64,000 nt of DNA from an uncultured delta proteobacterium. Lineage in GTDB: Bacteria; Myxococcota_A; Polyangia; Polyangiales; JAFGIB01. Of the stretch, positions 29,646-41,801 are shown piece by piece (the stretch's first letter is position 1; the number at the start of each line of letters is the position of its first letter). The translations under genes were made by a program, and so were the position numbers. Location: positions 352,001 through 416,000 of the forward strand of contig CAVZVA010000002.1 of assembly GCA_963778655.1 (NCBI GenBank), read 5' to 3'. The notes beneath the pieces were generated by a model. It was not told the origin of the DNA. It made no database searches and saw only the letters and a program-made list of their open reading frames with translations.

Positions 29646-30791
29646 TTACGGGCTGTCCGTCACGTAGACCAGGTAGCCGTCGTCGCGGCGGTGGCACTCG
29701 GCCTCGTTGCGCAGGCGCAGGTGCTCCAGGTGCGCGTAGGTCTCGCTCTCGGCCATGCCGCCCCAGTTGCGGGGGTGGAACAGCTGCTCCGAGAACTCGC
29801 GGACGGTGGCCGGCCCCAGACGCTTGGAGATCGCCTTGAGCTTTTGCAGGCGCTCGCCGTGGTGGCGCTTGATGGCCTCGGCGCGGCCCGCGAGATCGTC
29901 GAAGGGATCGCCGTGCGCCGGTAGACAGCGGCCGACCCCGCCGATCTGCGCGACCGCGTCGAGCGAGTCGTAGAAGCCTTGCAGCGGATCCGCGGCCTCG
30001 CCCAGTCCCGAGATGTGCGGCGTGATCGAAGGCAACACGTGATCACCCGCCAGGAAGATACCGTGCTCCGGGTCGTACAGGCACACGTGATCGGCGGTGT
30101 GCCCCGGCGTGTGCCACACCGACCACGGACGCCCGCCCAGCTTGATCGACGAGCCCTGCCGCACGGTATGCGTGAGGCGCGGCGTGAACAGGCCCGGTCC
30201 TGCCGCGCGCATCCGTTCGAAGCGCGCGCGCTGCTCCGGGCTCGGCATCGGCGGCTCGCCGCCCCAGGGCGTGCGCGGTCGCTCGCCTGGCTGCTTGAGC
30301 CACGGAGGCTCGGGCTCGGGCTCGGCGGCATTGCCCGCGACCGGCTCGGGCTCGAGCCCCGCCCCGCGCTCCGCCTGGCCGACGGCCTGGCCCAGGTGCT
30401 CGACCGAGACCTCGAGGTGCGGCCGGGCCTGGGCACGGCCGTACACGCTGAAGTCCTCGTGCGCGATCACCCTGCACCCGGTCTCCGCATGAAAGCGCCC
30501 GGCGCCGCCGAAGTGATCGGGATGCGAGTGGGTCACCACCACGGTGTGCACATGGCGTACGGCGAGCTCGACCTGGCGCAAGCGCTCCACGATCGCCTCC
30601 CAGCTCTGATCGCCGGGCAGCCCTGGATCCACCACCGCCGCGCCCTGGTCATCGAGCAGGCAGTACATGTTGACGTGACCCAGACCGGGCATCTGGATCG
30701 GGAGCTGCATCCGCAGCACCCCGCGCGCCACCTCGACCACCTCGCTGCGGGCCTCTTGCTGCTCCTGTTTTGGCGTGACTTCCGTGGACAT
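29646..30791 (-). CDS. MBL-fold metallo-hydrolase
   Basis: THSHPDH, TPGHTADH, GDHVLP, PAHG, ETYAHLEHL. Confidence 0.93.
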   Translation of the reverse strand: MSTEVTPKQEQQEARSEVVEVARGVLRMQLPIQMPGLGHVNMYCLLDDQGAAVVDPGLPGDQSWEAIVERLRQVELAVRHVHTVVVTHSHPDHFGGAGRFHAETGCRVIAHEDFSVYGRAQARPHLEVSVEHLGQAVGQAERGAGLEPEPVAGNAAEPEPEPPWLKQPGERPRTPWGGEPPMPSPEQRARFERMRAAGPGLFTPRLTHTVRQGSSIKLGGRPWSVWHTPGHTADHVCLYDPEHGIFLAGDHVLPSITPHISGLGEAADPLQGFYDSLDAVAQIGGVGRCLPAHGDPFDDLAGRAEAIKRHHGERLQKLKAISKRLGPATVREFSEQLFHPRNWGGMAESETYAHLEHLRLRNEAECHRRDDGYLVYVTDSP

Positions 30792-30861
30792 GGGGACTTC
30801 GGGCCGAGGTCCGCGCGGCCATCCGAGTATGTAGCGCGTGCGGCGCCGCTTTGAAAACGAT

Positions 30862-32787
30862 TTAAACGGGCTTCCGCCGATCCTCGGCGCCGCCGTATTT
30901 CTGCACGGGGGCAGGCCTGTTTCCGGGCTCGAGCACGGCCGGCTCGATCGAGAGCCCGCGACTACCGAGCCATTCCGCCACCGTGGCCATGCGCTCGCGG
31001 AACACCAGCACGTGCAGCACGTCGCCGCGCTTGAGCCGCAGCTCGTCGCCCACCGGCACGATCCGCGTCCCGCGCTGCAGCGCCAGCAGCAGACAAGCGC
31101 CGTCCGGCGGCGGCTCGAGCACGCCCTGATTGGCTTCGGGCTCGGACTCGACCGCCACGCGACGCACCTCGGTCAGCCCGCGCCTTATACGTGCCGGCCA
31201 CAGATCGAGCTGCTCGGGATGCGCGAACAGCACCTGTCCGCCGCGTTTGTGGATCATCTCCACCGCGTCGGCGGCGCGCGCGCGGGCGGTGCCCACGTAC
31301 ACACTGCGCAGCTTGCCCTCGCGCTGCACCGACTGCATGAACAGCACGTTGACCTCGGTGCTGGAGCTCAGCGCCACCGCGCCCGCCCGCGTGTCGACCT
31401 CGGCGCGCAGCAGCGTGGATTCGCGCAGGCCGTTGCCGAAGATCACGCGCAGCCCCTCGCGCTCGGCCTCCTTGCACACGTCGGGATTGGTGTCGATGCA
31501 GATCACTTCCTGGCCGTTGCTTGCGAGCACGCGTGCCATGGTGCGGGCGAGCTCGTTGGCGCCGAGCACCAGCCAGCCGTGGTCGCTGGGGCGCCGCAGG
31601 CGCAGCAGATACGCGAGCGGACCGCCGATCAAGCCGGCGCTGACCACCGTGACCACGATCACCAGAAAGACCAGCGCGCGCAGCGCGTCTCCGCCCCCGA
31701 TACCGCGCGCCCTGAGCTCGGCGGCAAAGAACGCCGAGACAGCGGCCGCGACGATCCCGCGCGGCCCAATCGCGGCCACCAGCGTTCGCTGGCGCCAGCT
31801 CAGGTCGGTCTTGTACGTCCCCACCAGCACGGTCAGCGGCCGCACCACCAGGATCAGAAGGCCGACCGTCAGCAGCCCCGGCCAGCCCAACGCCCGCACC
31901 TCGGAGACGCGCACGTCGGCTGCGAGCAGCACGAACAGCATGCCGATGAACAGCACGGTGAGCTGCTCCTTGAACTCGAGCAGCTCGCGGTGCACGTGCA
32001 CGTGGCGGTTGCCGATCACCAGGCCTGCGGCCATGGCGGCCGCAATGCCGCTCTCGGGCTGCACCGCGTTGGCGGTCTGAAACAGGGCCAGCACCAGCGC
32101 AAGCGTGAACACGTTCTCGAGCCCTTCGGGCACCAGCCCGCGCACACGCAGGGCCAGCGCCATGCCGAAGCCGCCGATCACACCGAGGCCCAGTCCCACG
32201 GTCAGCGCCACCGGTACGCGCACCAACCCGAACGCGAAGCTCTGGGCGGTGGGCGAGAGCGCCACCTCGAGCGCAACCGCCGCGACCACCGCGCCGACGG
32301 CGTCGATCAGCACGCCCTCGGCCTCGAGCACGGTGGCCGCCGTATGCTCGAGCCGAAAGCGGCGCACCAGCGGCGTGATCACGGTGGGCCCGGTGACCAT
32401 CACCAGCGTGCCGAACAGCCAGCAGGTGCGCCACGGCCAGGCCAACACCAGCCGCGCGCACAGCGCGGCTCCCGCGGTGGTGACGACCGCTCCGTACAAC
32501 ACCAGCTTGCGAATCGCGCGGTTGGAACGCCGCAGCCGCTCGAGGTCCAGGTTGAGCGCGCCCTCGAACAAGATCACCGCCACCGCAAAGCCGACCAGCG
32601 CCTCGAGCGCATCGCCGAGCAAGCGCGGCTGCACGGCCCCAGCCACATCGGGACCCAGCACCACCCCCACCAGCAAGAGCACCATGATCCCGGGCACGCG
32701 CAGATGGCGCGCAATCGACTGCGACACGATGCCGGCGGCAAGCGCCAACGCCACGGTCATCGGCGCAGTAAGAAATCCCCCGCTCAC
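30862..32787 (-). CDS. NhaP-type cation:proton antiporter with C-terminal TrkA/RCK domain
   Basis: ILFEGALNL, VTGPTVI, EGVLIDAVG, GPRGIVAA, then LVLGANELA. Confidence 0.9.
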   Translation of the reverse strand: MSGGFLTAPMTVALALAAGIVSQSIARHLRVPGIMVLLLVGVVLGPDVAGAVQPRLLGDALEALVGFAVAVILFEGALNLDLERLRRSNRAIRKLVLYGAVVTTAGAALCARLVLAWPWRTCWLFGTLVMVTGPTVITPLVRRFRLEHTAATVLEAEGVLIDAVGAVVAAVALEVALSPTAQSFAFGLVRVPVALTVGLGLGVIGGFGMALALRVRGLVPEGLENVFTLALVLALFQTANAVQPESGIAAAMAAGLVIGNRHVHVHRELLEFKEQLTVLFIGMLFVLLAADVRVSEVRALGWPGLLTVGLLILVVRPLTVLVGTYKTDLSWRQRTLVAAIGPRGIVAAAVSAFFAAELRARGIGGGDALRALVFLVIVVTVVSAGLIGGPLAYLLRLRRPSDHGWLVLGANELARTMARVLASNGQEVICIDTNPDVCKEAEREGLRVIFGNGLRESTLLRAEVDTRAGAVALSSSTEVNVLFMQSVQREGKLRSVYVGTARARAADAVEMIHKRGGQVLFAHPEQLDLWPARIRRGLTEVRRVAVESEPEANQGVLEPPPDGACLLLALQRGTRIVPVGDELRLKRGDVLHVLVFRERMATVAEWLGSRGLSIEPAVLEPGNRPAPVQKYGGAEDRRKPV

Positions 32788-32854
32788 GCGAGCAGGCTAC
32801 GATCCCCCCCGGCAAGGGTCGAGCCGCCCCTCTCCGCTCGTGCTCCTCTCGCGC

Positions 32855-32955
32855 CCCCTCTCCCCCCTCGCCCTCGCCCTCGCCCTCGCCCTTGCCCCTT
32901 GCCCCCGCCCCTTGCCCCTGCCCCTGCCCCTGCCCCTTGCCCCTGCCCCTTGCCT
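32855..32955. repeat. Low-complexity CCCTCG/CCCCTG/CCCCTTG tandem repeat (G-tracts on the minus strand)
   Basis: Directly visible 6-7 nt units in the hrpB-antiporter intergenic region. Confidence 0.85.
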
Positions 32956-32976
32956 GTCCTCGTAGCTGCTACCTCC

Positions 32977-35472
<2,496 letters not shown>

Positions 35473-35614
35473 CGCGAGGGCGGGCTGGTTCGGACGGGAC
35501 ACGGGCTCGCGCAGCGTAGCAGAGCGCCCGGCGCGGCGGCCTCAGCGCGGCGCCTGCGCCCGGACCGGCCGGTTTTGCCGGGGCGGCGGCTCCGGCGTAG
35601 AGTTCGGGCTGTCG

Positions 35615-37012
35615 ATGGCCGCGCTCACCCCCCTTCCTCCCAGGCCAGCCGGCGCGGCTCCGGCAAGCGCCGCCGCCGTGCACAGCGACGACGCCGAAGC
35701 GCAGCGCATCAACCTGGCCTGGCTGATCAAGCTGCGCTGGGGCGCGGTGGGTGGCCAGCTGATCACGGTGCTGGCGGTCGACCAGCTGCTGCACATTCCG
35801 CTGCCGATGCCCTCGCTGTTCGCGATCATCGGCACGGAGCTGCTGAGCAACGTGGCCTTTACGCGCTGGGCGCGCCGCACGGCTACGGTACCCGAATCGG
35901 TGCTGGCGGCGGTGATGGGCGCGGACGTGCTGCTGTTCACCGCGCTGCTGTGGCTGACCGGCGGCCCCTTCAACCCGTTCAGCTTCCTGTACCTGGTGCA
36001 CATCGCGCTAGCCACGGTGGTGCTGCGCACGCGCTGGACCTGGGGGCTGGTTGCGCTCTCGTTCACCTGCTTCGGCGCCCTGTTCGTCGAGCACCGCTGG
36101 CTCGGGGTCGGCTGGCAGATGCACATGGGTCACGAGGGCCATGCGCCCGAGAGCATGAGCATGCACCTGCAGGGCATGTGGGTGGCGTTCGGCGTGGCCG
36201 CGGCCTTCATCGTCTACTTCGTCAGCCGCGTGCGTCAGGATCTGGCCGAGCGCGAGCAGGAGCTGACCCGCGCGCGCGCACAGGCGGCTCGCGCCGAAAA
36301 GCTCGCCTCGCTCGCGACCCTGGCGGCGGGCGCTGCGCACGAGCTGTCCACGCCGCTAGCCACGATCGCGGTGGTGGCCAAGGAGCTCGAGCGCGACCTC
36401 CAGCGCGGCGGGCAGGCGCCGGAGGGCAGCACGAGCGCGCGCATGATCCGTGAGGTGGTGGGCCGCTGCCAGCAGATCCTGGTGCGGATGGCCGCAGATG
36501 CGGGCCAGAGCTTCGGCGAGGGCCTGCGCGAGCTCAGCATCGACGAGCTGCTCGGGTCCGCGCTGGAGGGGCTCCCCAACCGGGAGCACATCCGGTTGGA
36601 GATCGAGCCTGCAGCGGGCAGCCACCGCCTGCTGGTGCCGGCGCACGCGGCGTCGCAGGGACTGCAGCGGCTGCTGGAGAACGCCCAGCAAGCCACGGCG
36701 GGCGGGGGCGAGGTGGTGGTGCAGGCCAGCCTGGACGCCGAGCGTTGTTTCATCGAGGTACGCGACTCCGGCACCGGCATGCCACCCGAGGTGCTGGCTC
36801 GCGCAGGAGAGCCGTTCTTCACCACCAAGGAGCCCGGCCAGGGCATGGGGCTCGGCCTGTTCGTCACCCACGCCGTGATCGAACGCCTGGGCGGCACGCT
36901 CGAGCTGAGCTCCACGCCCGGAAGCGGTACGCGCGCCCGGGTCACGCTGCCGCTGGGCGGCATACGCGACAATATGCCGCAGGCGGAGAACGCGCGAACG
37001 GTGCCAGTCTAG
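35615..37012 (+). CDS. regB: RegB/PrrB/ActS family sensor histidine kinase
   Basis: LIKLRWGAVGGQ, GGPFNPF quinone-site motif, AAHELSTPL H-box, RC cysteine, GEPFFTTK...GMGLGLF. Confidence 0.92.
   Translation: MAALTPLPPRPAGAAPASAAAVHSDDAEAQRINLAWLIKLRWGAVGGQLITVLAVDQLLHIPLPMPSLFAIIGTELLSNVAFTRWARRTATVPESVLAAVMGADVLLFTALLWLTGGPFNPFSFLYLVHIALATVVLRTRWTWGLVALSFTCFGALFVEHRWLGVGWQMHMGHEGHAPESMSMHLQGMWVAFGVAAAFIVYFVSRVRQDLAEREQELTRARAQAARAEKLASLATLAAGAAHELSTPLATIAVVAKELERDLQRGGQAPEGSTSARMIREVVGRCQQILVRMAADAGQSFGEGLRELSIDELLGSALEGLPNREHIRLEIEPAAGSHRLLVPAHAASQGLQRLLENAQQATAGGGEVVVQASLDAERCFIEVRDSGTGMPPEVLARAGEPFFTTKEPGQGMGLGLFVTHAVIERLGGTLELSSTPGSGTRARVTLPLGGIRDNMPQAENARTVPV
36966..36980. promoter_or_regulatory. 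RegA-type box at the 3' end of regB, upstream of regA
   Basis: GCGAC-AATAT-GCCGC. Confidence 0.6.
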
Positions 37013-37084
37013 AGGCTGGCCGGGTGGGCCTGGTGTGGTGGTGGTGGTGGTAATGGTGATGCGGTGCTGTTGCGAGGGCCTACC

Positions 37085-37633
37085 ATGAGCGCGGACTCCG
37101 ACGCGCCTTCGATCTTGATCGTCGACGACGACGACACGCTGCGCGAGCAGCTCGCGCGCGCCTTCGTGAGCCGCGGCTTCGAGGCGCGCGCCGCTGCGGA
37201 CTACGACGAGGCGATGGCGCTCGCGGGCGACGAGCCGCCGGAGCTTGCGGTGGTCGACCTGCGCATGCCGGGCCGCTCGGGCCTGGAGCTGGTGCGCGAC
37301 CTCAAGGCGGTCGACGCCACCATCAAGATCGTGGTGCTGACGGGCTACGGCAGCATCGCCACGGCGATCGACGCCATGAAACTGGGCGCCGTCTACTACC
37401 TCCCCAAGCCCGCCGACGCCGACGACATCCTGGCCGCGTTCGCGCGTGGCGAGGGCGCGCCGCTCGAGCCAAGCCAGGGCGAGTTCGCGGCGCCCTCGCT
37501 CGAGCGCCTGAAGTGGGAGCACATCAACCTCGTGCTCGCCGACTGCGGCGGCAACGTCTCGGAAGCCGCGCGCCGACTCAAGATGCACCGCCGCACCCTG
37601 CAGCGCATGCTCAACAAGTACCCGCCACGCTGA
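37085..37633 (+). CDS. regA: RegA/PrrA/ActR family response regulator
   Basis: LTGYGSIATA, YLPKPADADDI, WEHINLVL, NVSEAARRLKMHRRTLQR. Confidence 0.95.
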   Translation: MSADSDAPSILIVDDDDTLREQLARAFVSRGFEARAAADYDEAMALAGDEPPELAVVDLRMPGRSGLELVRDLKAVDATIKIVVLTGYGSIATAIDAMKLGAVYYLPKPADADDILAAFARGEGAPLEPSQGEFAAPSLERLKWEHINLVLADCGGNVSEAARRLKMHRRTLQRMLNKYPPR

Positions 37634-37652
37634 AGCCGCCGAAGCCTGTCTT

Positions 37653-37790
37653 CGGATCTACGGGAAGACGGGAAGAAGCTCGGGTGTGGGAAGGGCGAGA
37701 ACCGCCGCGGCTGGCACGCAGCGCTAGCGGCGAGGCGGCATCGAACAAACCTGGAATCGTCCCGTCTTCCCGCCTTCCTTGTTTCCTGCT
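37653..37790. repeat. REP-like palindromic repeat, copy 6 (long spacer)
   Basis: ACGGGAAGACGGGAAG ... TCCCGTCTTCCCGCCTTCCTTG. Confidence 0.7.
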
Positions 37791-38023
37791 TCTTGGCAAC
37801 GTCAGGAAGGTGGGCTCGCGCTGCTACGTCGGCTTGGTGTAGAGGATCGAGGCTGGTCGATTGTCGGTAGGCCGTAGCAGCGCGAGCCCCTGGTCGTTAA
37901 GCGGCGATGCTCGAGCTGGCGATCGAGCACGTCGGAAGGGAGCATAGCCCGGCTGCAAGCGAACCGCTGTGCGACAAGATGTCGCGGGCGGCGCAGCCGA
38001 ACAAGGACAGCGGCTTGTATGGC

Positions 38024-38476
38024 TCAACTTCCGCTGCGATCGAGCCAACCATCGGGCTCGATCGGAATCTGTGCGACCAAGATCGGTGGCCGCTGCGCGA
38101 ACACCTTCGCTGTCTCTCCGACGAATACCGCGTTGCGCCCGAGCTTCCCCTTCAACGCCAGCTGAACGGATGGCGTAATGACCGACAGGTCTAGCCGCAT
38201 TCGACACGTGGTTTGCCGGCACTCGATGCCCCTCAACGCCTCGCTGTCCCCTTCAGCCCCAAACACGTCGATGATCTCCGCCTCGCGGAGGCGTGACTCG
38301 TGCCCTCCCTGGCCCTCCTTGTTCCACCGCCTGACCAGGGGTCCTCCTCGCTCACGAAGGACGTCGTCCAGGGACCGTTCGACATCGTCCCTGAGGGCCG
38401 CGCCAGCTGCATCGGGGCCTGACGGGCCGTGCAGCCGTGAAGCTTGAGCGCTGTTGCCGAACGGGTTCGACCGCAT
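38024..38476 (-). CDS. Hypothetical protein or gene fragment
   Basis: ORF with IECRQTTCRM in a lower-GC stretch; weak codon bias. Confidence 0.4.
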   Translation of the reverse strand: MRSNPFGNSAQASRLHGPSGPDAAGAALRDDVERSLDDVLRERGGPLVRRWNKEGQGGHESRLREAEIIDVFGAEGDSEALRGIECRQTTCRMRLDLSVITPSVQLALKGKLGRNAVFVGETAKVFAQRPPILVAQIPIEPDGWLDRSGS

Positions 38477-38553
38477 CCTGATGACGCGGCGGAGGAACGG
38501 CCGATGAGCCAATGCTCTGAGCTGAGTGCAGGCTCAGGAGCGCGGTCGCGCCC

Positions 38554-40069
38554 TCATTGCATCCCGCAACCTGCGGCGGTCGGGTCGTACATGCAGCGAT
38601 AGGTGTCGCAATCCAGCTTGTTCGCGCCGGCAAAGACGGTTTGCCCGACCTTGTCAGGCGTCCATTCGATGGTCGCATCGCCGAGCGTGAAGGTCGGCAT
38701 CTGCGCCAGCACTGCCGGAATCGAGATCGCCCGAATCCACCAAATCCTGCAACACGTCCATACCCATCGGACGCATGCGGAGGCGTGCAGTGAGACGCGA
38801 GGGCAACCCGGGCGAGCCATCCGCTGAACTGACCAGGATGCGGTATTGCCTGGTGCGAGAGTGGCTGCCGGGTTGGGCGATCTTGCCGACCGGGAGCACG
38901 TCCGTTGGCTCGAGGTAGCCGTTCGGATACTGAGCCGACGGTGCAGCCTCCCAGAACATGTGCACTGGCTCGCCCTGAGCATTGAAGATGCGGTCTCGCA
39001 TCAACCACAAATCCTTGTCGTACTTAGGGTCGTCCTGGGGCTTGTCTTCCAGCTCGCCATCCATGATGTCGCCGCTGGAATAGACCTGCTTGCCGTCGGC
39101 GTCGAAGGCCTTGACCTCGAGCCATAGCCGCCGGTCCTGCGTGGCGCCGCTCGGCTCGTTGTGACCGCCCTGGGTCTCCACCGTAAACGTGAAGGTGCCA
39201 AATGGGTCGGAATCCACTGTGAAGAACGAGATGCTGTTCTGAAGGCGGCAGTCGCGCACCGCCGCAGTCATTGCCTCGCGGTCGGGGTTGTCCGTGAGCG
39301 GGACGTCCACCCCTGGCCACACGTGCTCGTGCACGCGGCGCACCGGCACGTTGCTCGGCGGATCATCCGCCGCCAAGTCCTGGTGCGGCTGCATGTGGCA
39401 GCCGTTGCAGGTGTCGAATCCTTTTGGATTGGTTACGAACACGCTCATGTTGTATTCGGCGAGCGTGCGCTCGAGGTGGACGCCGCTGTCGGTCACGATG
39501 TCGTGACAGCCGCCGCACATCTGCGAGCTCTCGAGCTTGTTCTCGTCGAAGATCGAGGCGTACGCCGCGCGGTGCACACCGGGCTGCTTTGGATTGTTGA
39601 TCCCGCCGCGCATGATGTTGTCGCTCGCGAGATGCAGCATGGCGTTGTGGTCGCCGTCCACGCGATCGGCGTTGTGGCAGAAGTAGCAGGTCACGCCCTG
39701 GTACTGCTCGGGGAGCTGTGCGAGGTTGAGCCCGTCGGTGGTCATGCCGTCACGCACAGCCATCGGCGCGTGGCAGTTTACACAGAACGTGCCGAGCGCG
39801 CCGTTGGTCTCACGCTGCCCCCGCTTGTTCATCGCGAGGAAGACGGGGTCCTTCGCAGCGTAGGCGTGCATGCTGCTCGCCCACTGGCGGAATGCCTTGG
39901 CGTGGCATTTCTTGCAATTGGCCGGGTCCCTGAGCTGGGCCTGAGTGAAGGGTGTGCGCGTGCTCGGGTCGTCGCCCGCCCCCGCGCCGCCATCGCCCGA
40001 GACGGCACCGCTTTTGGCGCTACAAGCCCCGAGCAACCAGATCGTCGCGAGCCAACCGAATGTTCTCAT
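38554..40069 (-). CDS. Pentaheme c-type cytochrome lipoprotein (c554-like N-terminus); apparent frameshift at ~38719
   Basis: CKKCH, CVNCH, CYFCH, CGGCH, CNGCH; WASSMHAYA; lipobox LLGAC. The C-terminus continues in the frame ending at 38554 if one base is removed. Confidence 0.88.
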
Positions 40070-40106
40070 CGCCGTCAGGTTCCGCTCGCGACCGCGAGAC
40101 CGCGTT

Positions 40107-40667
40107 TCAACGGACGCAGTAGTAGAAATGGACCATGTCGTCGCCCGCGGTCGCCGAGCTGACGGTGAACTGCAGATCGAAATAACCGCGCATGAACAGG
40201 TTGATGCCGACGTCGTACTGGGACGGGTCGCTGAGCGGGGTCATGCTGTACCCGGGCTTGCCGTGACCATGAAAGGGCATTTTGGCGTAGACCTTCGTCA
40301 GCTTCACGTCGGTCAGCGAATTGCCGCTCGCGTCCATGAACTGAATCGTCCAGTCGTTATTGTACAGCGTCGGGGGCTGCGGACTTGCGGCGATCAGCTT
40401 GCCCTGGATCTTCATGTTGTCACCCATCGCCGTCATGCCGGTCAGGAAGTTGCTGGCGTCGATAGCACCGTCTGGACACTGGACCGGCATGGTGTCGCCT
40501 CCAGCCCCGGCATCTCCAGCGCCGCCACCGGTGCCGGCATTCGCCAGCGCCGTGGTGCCGGCCCCAGAGTTTGAAGCCGAGCCGGCGCTACCGTTACTCG
40601 GGCAGCCGACGAGCGCCGCGCAGCCCGCGGCAATTGCAATCACCACCCTCTGGCGTCGTGTCTTCAT
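40107..40667 (-). CDS. YtkA/FixH-like lipoprotein
   Basis: Lipobox ALVGC; MPFHGHG and LFMRGYF motifs. Confidence 0.82.
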   Translation of the reverse strand: MKTRRQRVVIAIAAGCAALVGCPSNGSAGSASNSGAGTTALANAGTGGGAGDAGAGGDTMPVQCPDGAIDASNFLTGMTAMGDNMKIQGKLIAASPQPPTLYNNDWTIQFMDASGNSLTDVKLTKVYAKMPFHGHGKPGYSMTPLSDPSQYDVGINLFMRGYFDLQFTVSSATAGDDMVHFYYCVR

Positions 40668-40827
40668 GCTCCACTCTCCCGATGTCTCGCGAGCCCCACG
40701 ACGAGACGACCACTGACAACTGGTTGTGTCACGCTCGGCCGCGAATCGCAAACGCGAATCGCGCCAGCTTGAGGGGTGGAATGCCCCATCTCCCCAAATC
40801 GGAACGCCCTAAGTGACGTGCTCGCCT

Positions 40828-40842
40828 GCGGCGTTTTGTCGC
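40828..40842. promoter_or_regulatory. RegA/RegR-type box in the divergent promoter region
   Basis: GCGGC-GTTTT-GTCGC. Confidence 0.7.
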
Positions 40843-40926
40843 ATTGCTCTGCGCGCCGCGTTTGCACTACCGTGACGGCATGTTTGAGTGGAGCGGGTCT
40901 GTGCGATCCGCGGAGAGGTCTTCGCC

Positions 40927-41709
40927 ATGCTGAGCTTGCAACAACGTGCGGGTCTTGCCCGCGTGAATCCCGGTAGTGCGCTGATCGCTGCGTCGCTGCT
41001 TGCCCTCGTGATCGGCGTGGGCTGCAAGAGCAGCAGCTCGAACACGCCCGACGCGGGCGGCGGTAACGACAGCGGGACCGGCACCGGCGGTACGGGTGGC
41101 AGCGGCGGCAAGGGCGGCTCAGGCGGCAGCGGTGGCACTGATGGCGGCAGCGATGCCGGTATGTGTCCCTCCGATGCGGGCGGCCCGTCCGCGGGTGACA
41201 AGGACATGCACTGCATCGACTCGAGCGGCAACGAGATCAAGCAGGCGACGAGTGAATCGGCTTGCTCGCTGCCACCGGACGCCAGCATTCCGATGACGGA
41301 CAACGATGCGGGGGCGGACCAGTCCGACTACGGTCCAACGCTCTACGGCACCGAAGCGGACGACGACGATTGCAAGTATCACGTGAAGTGGAGCGTTTCG
41401 TGCGTGACGGAGAATCGGGATGTCACCTTCAATGTGACCGTCACCAAGAAGACCGACGGCAAGCCGCTGACCGGCGCGCATCCACGCCTCGAGGTGTTCC
41501 TCCCGAATGCTGACGATTCGAGTGAGCATCCGGCGCCGAACTCGGGGCAGGCGCAGAAGGAGACCGCTGCCGGCGTGTACACGATCGGCCCAGTCCGCTT
41601 CGACGAACCGGGTAAGTGGACCGCGCGCTTCCACTTCCGCGAGGAGTGCGTCGATTTGACCGAGGACTCGCCGCACGGACACGCCGCGTTCTACATCGAC
41701 GTGCCGTGA
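40927..41709 (+). CDS. YtkA/FixH-like lipoprotein
   Basis: Lipobox GVGC; DDDCKYHV, DGKPLTGA, GVYTIGPVRFDEPGKW, SPHGHAAFY. Confidence 0.8.
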   Translation: MLSLQQRAGLARVNPGSALIAASLLALVIGVGCKSSSSNTPDAGGGNDSGTGTGGTGGSGGKGGSGGSGGTDGGSDAGMCPSDAGGPSAGDKDMHCIDSSGNEIKQATSESACSLPPDASIPMTDNDAGADQSDYGPTLYGTEADDDDCKYHVKWSVSCVTENRDVTFNVTVTKKTDGKPLTGAHPRLEVFLPNADDSSEHPAPNSGQAQKETAAGVYTIGPVRFDEPGKWTARFHFREECVDLTEDSPHGHAAFYIDVP

Positions 41710-41801
41710 GCGGCCGGTTCGGGCGGGCCTGCTGCGCGGGCATCCGGCCAACTAACGGGCGCCCGTTCCAATCCGCGCATCCCGTGCTATGAGGTAGTGT
41801 C

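Noticed and set aside
37030..37065. Poly-His leader peptide (HHHYHHHHH on the minus strand) between regB and regA
   Set aside because: That frame has a TAG just upstream, no start codon, and is antisense to the operon; treated as a (GTG)n microsatellite.
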